Sequence record: KP869107
Length of the DNA: 43,991 bases
Source of the DNA: Escherichia coli O157 typing phage 9
Reading direction: 5' to 3' (one strand)
Below are positions 7,368 to 14,641 of the stretch, in pieces. A program made the position numbers and the translations under genes. Position 1 is the stretch's first letter. Every line of letters starts with the position of its first letter. The notes under the pieces are model-generated. The model searched no databases. It saw only the letters and a list, made by a program, of their open reading frames with translations, and was not told where the DNA came from.

Positions 7368-7850
7368 CTATCTTGTCAGGGTGTCATACTGTTTTTCGCA
7401 GACTCTTCCGGCTTCGGCTGCCCGGTCAGCATACTCTGCCAGTTGTCTGTTTCTCTCGAGAGATTTGCTGAGCACGTCGGCAAGCAAAACTCCGGTGTCT
7501 GCGGCTGACGTCCCAGCGCCGACAATGGCGTTATACTGCCTGAGCTGCTCACGGATGGCAACGAGCTGTTTCTGCAACCGGCCAGCGCGAGCGGCAGCAT
7601 CAAGAGCATCATTGCGCGCCTGGTCGATCCTCTGCTGCGCTTCACGTTCATTGATCGCTTTCTCCTGTTCGTAGTGCTGACGAACTTTCTCATCTTCGGC
7701 TTTGCGCTCTTCCTTCGCCTGCACATACCCGGCGTCGTACTGACGGCTACCGTGCACATTCCAAGCAACAATTCCGGATATGACCAGAACAGCAAGCATC
7801 ACCACGATAATTAACTGTTTCCAGTATGCTTTTGCGAATGCCCAGATCAT
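7368..7850 (-). CDS. Rz: Rz-like i-spanin
   Basis: 160 aa; N-terminal TM helix then coiled-coil; start overlaps the endolysin stop (ATGA). Confidence 0.6.
   Translation of the reverse strand: MIWAFAKAYWKQLIIVVMLAVLVISGIVAWNVHGSRQYDAGYVQAKEERKAEDEKVRQHYEQEKAINEREAQQRIDQARNDALDAAARAGRLQKQLVAIREQLRQYNAIVGAGTSAADTGVLLADVLSKSLERNRQLAEYADRAAEAGRVCEKQYDTLTR
7376..7612 (-). CDS. Rz1: Rz1-like o-spanin lipoprotein, embedded in Rz in a different frame
   Basis: MMLLMLPLALAGC lipobox followed by a Pro/Ser-rich sequence, entirely within the Rz gene. Confidence 0.55.
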   Translation of the reverse strand: MMLLMLPLALAGCRNSSLPSVSSSGSITPLSALGRQPQTPEFCLPTCSANLSRETDNWQSMLTGQPKPEESAKNSMTP

Positions 7851-8476
7851 ACCGCCAGCACCTTACTGGCAGTGATGTACCGCGCGCGCCGGTCGTCGAT
7901 GCCGTTCCGGCCACCATTGATAATCAGAGTTACACGTGCAATATCGCCGGTATACTTCATGCATCCTTTGCTGGCAAAGAACCACGCTGCGCTACGAGCC
8001 GCATATTCGTCATGCGCCAGCAATTCAGGGCTCTCCAGCAGGTCAACCTTCAGACCGTTTCCGCAATCACGATAGTTATTCAAACCGGTAATCTGGATAA
8101 GCCCGCGCCCACGGTAATTCCAGCCATCGCCGGGAGCATTGTTACCCATGCGTTTGCTGTACACCAGATTGGCGATCGCTCTCTGGCGCTCGAGTGGCAA
8201 TGGAGGTTCGCCTGCGCGGCGACCCAATGCGTTGGCCTGTCCCTGAGCGAGACGCCCAGCCCGAACGAAGTTAGCCAGTCCGGTGACACTGTAGTTGAAA
8301 TTCTCCTGCAACCGGATGAAACCACCAGACTCATGCCCGACCTGAGCAATAAACATTGCCTGATCTTCAGCTTTGCTGATACCAAACTCTTTCATCGCAG
8401 AAGTTATATGCGAGAACCAGCGTGCGGCCAGCGCCTCGCTAATACCAGCAGCTCGCTGGAATTGTTTAATCTCCAT
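7847..8476 (-). CDS. Endolysin, glycoside hydrolase family 19-like
   Basis: 209 aa; MFIAQVGHESGGF...NYRGRGLIQITGLNNY signature of GH19 lysozymes. Confidence 0.75.
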   Translation of the reverse strand: MEIKQFQRAAGISEALAARWFSHITSAMKEFGISKAEDQAMFIAQVGHESGGFIRLQENFNYSVTGLANFVRAGRLAQGQANALGRRAGEPPLPLERQRAIANLVYSKRMGNNAPGDGWNYRGRGLIQITGLNNYRDCGNGLKVDLLESPELLAHDEYAARSAAWFFASKGCMKYTGDIARVTLIINGGRNGIDDRRARYITASKVLAV

Positions 8477-8774
8477 GTTGAGACCTCGTTATTTTGAAAA
8501 TCTGCACGACGTTACCGCGGGTTTTCAGAACGGCGGCAAGCATGACAGCGTTGATGACAACCTCCGAAAGATCGTCGGTCATTGGCGTGTGGTACCAGAA
8601 AGCGTACGCGGCACGTACCGGGATGCTGGCAGCGGCCACAATGAGGAAGTAAGCGATCCACCCTCCCCATCTGCGATGTTGTGAACCGTTACGCCGGAAC
8701 GTACCGACGCGGATCGCTATACATGAACAGATAACCGCATTAGCAATAAGCAAAAGCAGCTCATGAGTTGTCAT
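8466..8774 (-). CDS. Small membrane protein of the lysis cassette (holin or antiholin candidate)
   Basis: 102 aa with hydrophobic segments; directly upstream of and overlapping the endolysin start. Confidence 0.4.
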   Translation of the reverse strand: MTTHELLLLIANAVICSCIAIRVGTFRRNGSQHRRWGGWIAYFLIVAAASIPVRAAYAFWYHTPMTDDLSEVVINAVMLAAVLKTRGNVVQIFKITRSQHGD

Positions 8775-9165
8775 CGTCTTTTCTCCCCGGAATTAACTCG
8801 CGTGGATTGTCAGAACGGTGATAGAGCCAGATGCCAATGCGCACTGCGACTATTGCTGACACGAATGCGCCAGCAGAGAAGACGATCCCTTTCTCGAAAG
8901 AGTCCTGAGTGATGGTAGGGATCAGGCTGGCAAAGCCGATAAGGATCGACGCTGTGGGTTTGTAGAAGAGAAGGCCGCAGAGGAAGCTGAGCAACGACAG
9001 GAGCACGCGGCGACGGATTGGATACTCAACTGCCGAGGTAACAAAGATTACCGCACCAGCCAGAGCACCAAGCGCAACTTCTGGCGGAACACCTGCAATT
9101 ACTGCAGCAAGAGACCCCATGCTAAGCCACTGATTTAATGACTCACTGGTTAGCCCTGCTGACAT
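8761..9165 (-). CDS. Holin-like membrane protein
   Basis: Multiple TM segments; ATG at 9165 with GGTGG RBS (track start 9174 is GTG); first gene of the lysis cassette. Confidence 0.45.
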   Translation of the reverse strand: MSAGLTSESLNQWLSMGSLAAVIAGVPPEVALGALAGAVIFVTSAVEYPIRRRVLLSLLSFLCGLLFYKPTASILIGFASLIPTITQDSFEKGIVFSAGAFVSAIVAVRIGIWLYHRSDNPRELIPGRKDDDNS

Positions 9166-9324
9166 AATTACCACCGTTTACTGTGCATAAAGAACCCCCT
9201 TAGTTGGTGAGTCCATTATACACAATAAACCATATATGGTTAAAATAACTTAGAATTGATCCTATCGAAATTACCCGATAGGTGATATTATTTATTGAAA
9301 TAATACAGCTTAACGTACCTGGTC

Positions 9325-10341
9325 ATGAAAGATAAGAATTTGAATATTGAGTTGATTAGAGTGGCTGCTTGCTTTTTGGTGGTTGTTCTTCATTCTGTAA
9401 TTATAGGTATGAATGAAACAGGCTCATCAGGATGGGATATATTAAATATAATAGAATCTTTTACCAGAATATCTGTACCGTTATTCATTATGATTTCTGG
9501 GGCTTTGCTTATTAAAGAAAGTACAAATATGAATTCGTCATTAAAACGAGCAAATCGGCTATTCATTATTCTACTTTTCTGGTCGGCGATATATTACTTA
9601 TATCGTTCACATGTAAATAGTTTCCCCATAGATGTGAAATCATTTTTTAATTTATTTTTTCGATCGCAGATATTCTATCATATGTGGTACTTATATGCAG
9701 CCATTGGATTCGTTATCATTATGCCATTACTTAGTAAATTCTATTTACACTCAAATAAAATAGATGTTGTAATTTTAGTATGGTTATGGATGCTTCTTTT
9801 ATTCTTTAGTTTATTAAATGTATATCTTGGATTGAATTTAAATATCAACAATCTATTTCAAGTTAGTATATTTTCCAGCCTTGCTGTGTACTTGCTTCTA
9901 GGGAAGATAATTTTAGATAATCAAGTTAACATGACAAACTCAACAAAAATAATGTTAACCATTATGCTGACTGCATGTACGTTTGCGACCGCTTTTATAA
10001 CAAAGAATATTTCTGTTTACAGGGGACCGGTAAACCAGATGTTTTATGATAACTCGTCTTTGTTTATTGCCATGTCTGCAATATGTTTTATGGTGTTCAT
10101 GATAAACACCCCTGTTAAAAACAAAACGATATTACACATAGTGAAATTTATTTCTCCCTGCACACTAGGGATTTATCTTGTCCATCCATTAATCATTGAC
10201 ATACTCAGGAGATTTTTGCTTGATAAATATTCGATCCATCCAGAGATGTTTATCGTTATTCCTCTTTCTTTTATCGTGTTCTTAATTTCATTAGCCATCG
10301 TAGTTTTTTTAAGAAAATTTGGGTTGTCACGTGTAATATGA
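9325..10341 (+). CDS. Acyltransferase-3 family membrane protein (putative O-antigen acetyltransferase, lysogenic conversion)
   Basis: 338 aa polytopic membrane protein; markedly AT-rich compared with flanking phage DNA; sits next to the tailspike as in serotype-converting phages. Confidence 0.7.
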   Translation: MKDKNLNIELIRVAACFLVVVLHSVIIGMNETGSSGWDILNIIESFTRISVPLFIMISGALLIKESTNMNSSLKRANRLFIILLFWSAIYYLYRSHVNSFPIDVKSFFNLFFRSQIFYHMWYLYAAIGFVIIMPLLSKFYLHSNKIDVVILVWLWMLLLFFSLLNVYLGLNLNINNLFQVSIFSSLAVYLLLGKIILDNQVNMTNSTKIMLTIMLTACTFATAFITKNISVYRGPVNQMFYDNSSLFIAMSAICFMVFMINTPVKNKTILHIVKFISPCTLGIYLVHPLIIDILRRFLLDKYSIHPEMFIVIPLSFIVFLISLAIVVFLRKFGLSRVI

Positions 10342-10353
10342 CAACCAACTATA

Positions 10354-12981
10354 TTAAATATTTCCGTTCAGCGTGCGGAATGAGTATTGTTTATCCAGGT
10401 CTACTGGGGTAAATAATCCGTACATTCTGCTCGCTGCGTAGTCTGACTCAGATGAGAAACCGCCAACATAAACATGCGAACCTGCCCCTTCACATGCAAT
10501 ATCACCTGCTAATGGTCCTGAAAATGCGGTGATAGAAGATGTTCCGCTGTTGAATATGCTATTAAATGCGGCGTGAAGATCTGGTTGTCTGTACGCCCGT
10601 CGTATACGCCTTCCGGTATTTATATCAATAATAGACCACCATAATCGGCCTGGAGCGAATCCCATCGCAAAATGATATACGCCTCCTGAAGCTAACGCTT
10701 GCTCCGTTGTCAGATCGCTTGTTAACGTTTGAGTTATACCATCACCGGATAATAATATTGCTATAGTCTGCACACCACTGGAGTTAACTATAAATTGCAT
10801 AACAGCAGAGTTTCCAGAGGGCGAATATCCACTCCCCAGAGTGAAAGCTGTCATAGTTGTTGCACCCGTAAATGACGGGATTAGAACAAGGCCGATTGTA
10901 CACCCATGTCTCGATACTTTATCAGAAAATAATAACTTATCCTTGTTTGATTGCGTTAACTTAAGCATGTTTCCTTGCCCTAGTATCGAAGGAGCGCTTA
11001 CATATGTTGCGGTTGTAACGACTCCGTCAAATGTAGGAATATTGTTTTTTACGCTTCCTGTATATGTATAATAGTTTTTTAGGCCATTTATTATTAAATC
11101 ACCAGAATATGGCTGAATAAGATTATTGTCACCCATGAGTCGTTCGCTGTTTACTTCTGACTCGTAAATACCATTTATCAATACGGTACTATCGGAACCA
11201 ATACACCTCACATTTCCGGCTTGTGAATTTAGATCATATAGCGATGTAGCAGCATAGTTACGGCAAACATAACCATCTACAGTTACTATACTGTTTTCAA
11301 AAACCATATTATGGTATGACAGATTTGATGATGCACTATTTCTGTTAGTATTCAACCCACTGATAGCAACAGTTGAATTTTTAATATACAATCCATCGTA
11401 TGCACAGTCCTGTAACTCAACTCCTGTCATGTTTACATTTTGTGAATTAGAAATACGTAATCCTGAATATGGTGTTTCATTTTCTGAACCAGCCCAAATT
11501 AATTTGGCACCTATAATTCTGCAATTACCAGCACCATCAAGCACTAAGCATTCCTGCCCACACGTATCAATTTGAAGGTTTGTCCATGTAAAATCGGTAG
11601 TTCCGATCTTAGCCCCGGTTTTTTTAATGTTTCTTATGAATAATCCATGCGTTGAGACGGAAAAATTCGTTTCAGGATAATCAAATCCTAACTCGTCAAA
11701 TCCTGTAATGTGAACATTGCTAATGTAAAGATCCCTACGAACGTCAGGGGCGGTATTGAATGGATAGCTTGGTGCCCCACCTGGGTTTCCTGTCTCCATC
11801 GTTACCCCGCTTGTTCCCGCAGTTATTCCATCCCCATACAGGCCACAATCGGACAAATAAATCAGGCTGCAATCCTGAGTAATTGTCAGTAACGCGCCTG
11901 TTGCCCCAGATATTTGCTCTATCCTGGAAACGTGTAGACCAGACCCAGATAGTGAACACGACTTGTTATTTAGCTCAAGATTAGATGCTTTCCAGACATT
12001 TGTGCCAAGCTCAGCCGCCCTGCCACATTCAAGCATCTTTTGCAGTGCTGCTGTATCATCAGCCACGCCAGTGGCCCCAAACATAAACGGATTAACCTTA
12101 TCTGCATTAACCCGTAACCATACAGAACCACCTGCTGTTTTTATTACAACACCATCATCATCGGTATAGCCAGTTCCATCAAGTACAGCTCTGAATACCC
12201 CTCCACCAAGCCCAGTTCCGATCGTATGCTGTCGCAACGTGATCCTTTGACCATTTTTTTCAGGTTCTATTGTTCTTAGTGTCAATATATCAGGGCACTG
12301 ACCAATAAACTTAAATCCATCATTTGCCGCTAACTGGATCATTACATCAGTAGCCGAACCAGATTCAGGCAAAACCATTATCGGATTTCCAGTATCATCC
12401 ATTGCAACAATCTTATTCTTACGTTGCTCAATTCCCGGCAATGCTGGTATCGGCTCAGGGGTTCGTAGCGTTCTGCTCAGGTTTGTTTCTGCGACCCCAT
12501 CAACATATTTTTTTGTAGCCGCATCCTGCGGTCTTACAGGGTCACGAAGGTTACGAATATAGTTGTCCATTGCGTCGTAATAGTTAGCAACAAATGACGG
12601 CTTACGTAGCGCCAGACTAAACCAACTACGAACCTGCTGAATCAACATTGTCAGCTTATCAAACGCATCCTCATGCACCTCAGCAAAGAACTTCCCCTGG
12701 TTACGGAGATCTGTTTCCTGCGTAACCGACAGTTCACGTGATATGGAAATCTGGTAACCATTAGCCAGAGCTGTTGCAAGTATTACATTACCACCTTCAT
12801 ATCCCCCTGCGCCGGTTACTGTGTAGTCAGTATCCAGCGTCAGAACAGTGATGTTATCGTTCAGGTCAACAACCTGTACTACCAGATCAGATTCCTTGAA
12901 AACCCTAAAGGTATACGGAAATGATGTCGTAACACCGTTACCGGTGTATTCGTTGTGGTTAACTTCGGTTGAGACCGTCAT
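10354..12981 (-). CDS. Tailspike/tail fibre protein (T7 gp17-like N-terminal anchor plus beta-helix-like C-terminal domain)
   Basis: 875 aa; N-term EYTGNGVTTSFPYTFRVF...LDTDYTV anchor domain; long Gly/Asn/Ser-rich C-terminal region. Confidence 0.8.
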   Translation of the reverse strand: MTVSTEVNHNEYTGNGVTTSFPYTFRVFKESDLVVQVVDLNDNITVLTLDTDYTVTGAGGYEGGNVILATALANGYQISISRELSVTQETDLRNQGKFFAEVHEDAFDKLTMLIQQVRSWFSLALRKPSFVANYYDAMDNYIRNLRDPVRPQDAATKKYVDGVAETNLSRTLRTPEPIPALPGIEQRKNKIVAMDDTGNPIMVLPESGSATDVMIQLAANDGFKFIGQCPDILTLRTIEPEKNGQRITLRQHTIGTGLGGGVFRAVLDGTGYTDDDGVVIKTAGGSVWLRVNADKVNPFMFGATGVADDTAALQKMLECGRAAELGTNVWKASNLELNNKSCSLSGSGLHVSRIEQISGATGALLTITQDCSLIYLSDCGLYGDGITAGTSGVTMETGNPGGAPSYPFNTAPDVRRDLYISNVHITGFDELGFDYPETNFSVSTHGLFIRNIKKTGAKIGTTDFTWTNLQIDTCGQECLVLDGAGNCRIIGAKLIWAGSENETPYSGLRISNSQNVNMTGVELQDCAYDGLYIKNSTVAISGLNTNRNSASSNLSYHNMVFENSIVTVDGYVCRNYAATSLYDLNSQAGNVRCIGSDSTVLINGIYESEVNSERLMGDNNLIQPYSGDLIINGLKNYYTYTGSVKNNIPTFDGVVTTATYVSAPSILGQGNMLKLTQSNKDKLLFSDKVSRHGCTIGLVLIPSFTGATTMTAFTLGSGYSPSGNSAVMQFIVNSSGVQTIAILLSGDGITQTLTSDLTTEQALASGGVYHFAMGFAPGRLWWSIIDINTGRRIRRAYRQPDLHAAFNSIFNSGTSSITAFSGPLAGDIACEGAGSHVYVGGFSSESDYAASRMYGLFTPVDLDKQYSFRTLNGNI

Positions 12982-13137
12982 GTTAAATCTCCAGATAGTC
13001 GCAGCACCCGTTGCGCCGCATATCCGGTTATTCTATTACCTGAAAAACCACATATGGATAGATAACACATAAATACGAACAGATATTACCTTTCAGGTGA
13101 TTCGCAAAACGTGCTGGATAGCAAACAAATTATTTGC

Positions 13138-13157
13138 TACTGTGTATTTATACAGTT
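13138..13157. promoter_or_regulatory. LexA (SOS) box
   Basis: tACTGTgtatttatACAGtt, 17/20 match to taCTGTatatatatACAGta; about 20 bp upstream of the ATG at 13177. Confidence 0.6.
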
Positions 13158-13176
13158 ATTGCATGGAGAAGATAAG

Positions 13177-13434
13177 ATGCCGCAGTATCACTATCCACTG
13201 GAAGACGGATTTACCGAAAGGATTCACACGCCGGGAGGCGTCAGGTCACTGGTGGAGGGATCGCACTTGATGAAATTACTCCGGGATCTCGATAAGGATG
13301 GATTTAATGTCGATGGCCCACTTGCCGAACTGACTGCACTGATTAACTACGTCACCAGCTCACAGATGTCCATGCGGGATCTGCAAACACATCTCGACTA
13401 TTGTGCCGAACAATTACGAAAACAAACCAGATAA
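13177..13434 (+). CDS. Hypothetical small protein downstream of the LexA box (candidate SOS-induced factor)
   Basis: 85 aa from ATG 13177 with GGAGAAG RBS (track ORF 13111-13434 starts earlier). Confidence 0.45.
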   Translation: MPQYHYPLEDGFTERIHTPGGVRSLVEGSHLMKLLRDLDKDGFNVDGPLAELTALINYVTSSQMSMRDLQTHLDYCAEQLRKQTR

Positions 13435-13452
13435 GGTTTGCAATTACCAAGT

Positions 13453-13493
13453 GGAGTGCTTATATTTACCGCAAAGGTAAATATAAGCACTCC
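13453..13493. promoter_or_regulatory. 41-bp perfect palindrome (18-bp arms, 5-nt centre) containing TTACCgcaaaGGTAA
   Basis: ggagtgcttatatttacc-gcaaa-ggtaaatataagcactcc read directly. Confidence 0.6.
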
Positions 13494-13569
13494 TATTGTG
13501 CCATAGTAATCGGGCACTGGCAAAATCCAGTGCCGGGATTGGCGTCCCGGGTTACTAAAAGGCGCATTC

Positions 13570-13590
13570 ACCGCGCAAGCGGTTTTTTTA
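13570..13590 (+). terminator. Rho-independent terminator between the small ORF and the antirepressor gene
   Basis: accgc-gcaa-gcggt followed by ttttttt. Confidence 0.5.
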
Positions 13591-13746
13591 TGCGTATAGC
13601 ACGGTCACATTCGTATTATGGTGGGCTGTGTGGGGGCACCGAAAGGTGCGCCGGGTCCTTTTAGCCGGTTACGCCAACCCTGCACAGTTCACCACCAACC
13701 GATTGGCGTAGGTAGTGGTGATTAACCAGACTAAAAGGTAACCACT

Positions 13747-14331
13747 ATGACAGCTACAAAAAGCACGTCCATTTTTTCTTTCGAATCCCAAGCCGATATA
13801 CGGGTAATCGTCATTAATGGTGAGCCATGGTTTATCGCTTCAGATGTTTGTCGGGCTATAGGCATAGCAAACCATCGAGATGCTGTTCGAAAACTTGATG
13901 ATGATGAGAAGGGTGTCGCTTCAACCGACACCCCTGGCGGTGAGCAAGAATCGATCATCATCTCCGAGTCAGGACTCTACACACTGATCCTCCGCTGCCG
14001 CGATGCGGTGACACCAGGCACTATCCCCTACCGCTTTCGTAAATGGGTTACAGGTGAGGTTCTTCCTCAGATCCGCCGCACCGGAAGTTACATTAAAAAC
14101 TCGCTCCCGCAGGAAGAACGCATAAAGATGGTTGCCGACCAGGTAGCCAACGCCACGGCGTCAGCAGTAATGCAGGCGATGAAGATAGAGAACAAAACCT
14201 ACAGTGCCCCACTGAAGCCCGGCTACCGTAGCCTGATTCATTCGCCGTCTGGTGTTCTCGGCCTGACGGAGCACTCACTGCTGATGAACAGGACGACGGG
14301 CATGATGTATCAGGCGCGGCGGCGGAGCTGA
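13747..14331 (+). CDS. Bro-N domain protein / putative antirepressor
   Basis: 194 aa; N-term FESQADIRVIVINGEPWFIASDVCRAIGIANHRDAVRKL typical of Bro-N/antirepressor proteins. Confidence 0.65.
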   Translation: MTATKSTSIFSFESQADIRVIVINGEPWFIASDVCRAIGIANHRDAVRKLDDDEKGVASTDTPGGEQESIIISESGLYTLILRCRDAVTPGTIPYRFRKWVTGEVLPQIRRTGSYIKNSLPQEERIKMVADQVANATASAVMQAMKIENKTYSAPLKPGYRSLIHSPSGVLGLTEHSLLMNRTTGMMYQARRRS

Positions 14332-14445
14332 CCACCATGTTCTGCTACATCGTCGGTGTGAGCAAATGCCTGCGTGATATCCAGACGCACGCGGAGTACA
14401 TCAACGACAAGGCAGGGTTCTTCTGACGGGCGGAGGCGGCATTCG

Positions 14446-14472
14446 TTAAAAACAAGGCCGCGAAAGCGGCCT
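14446..14472 (-). terminator. Rho-independent terminator at the 3' end of the minus-strand virion operon
   Basis: aggccgc-gaaa-gcggcct with T-tract on the minus strand. Confidence 0.45.
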
Positions 14473-14491
14473 GTGACATGTCACGCTCACG

Positions 14492-14632
14492 TTATGACAA
14501 GCCTATGTACCCTGCTACACCAGATAATATCAAAATAACTGCAACAGCAAATTCGCCATAGTCAATGATACATTTACGGTTCATAACGCCAAGTGCAACA
14601 AGCGCAAACACAACAAGAATAAAAGCAATCAT
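14492..14632 (-). CDS. Hypothetical small hydrophobic protein (46 aa)
   Basis: Manual translation MIAFILVVFALVALGVMNRKCIIDYGEFAVAVILILSGVAGYIGLS; not in the track (under 60 aa). Confidence 0.3.
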   Translation of the reverse strand: MIAFILVVFALVALGVMNRKCIIDYGEFAVAVILILSGVAGYIGLS

Positions 14633-14641
14633 TTCTCATCC

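Noticed and set aside
7217-7508. Plus-strand ORFs of 74-84 aa across the int/Rz boundary
   Set aside because: Overlap the Rz/Rz1 genes in antisense and the attP-candidate noncoding region; no start context.
14471-14486. CRP-binding-site resemblance of tGTGAcatgTCACg
   Set aside because: Half-site spacing does not fit the TGTGA-N6-TCACA consensus; kept only as an unexplained 12-bp palindrome.
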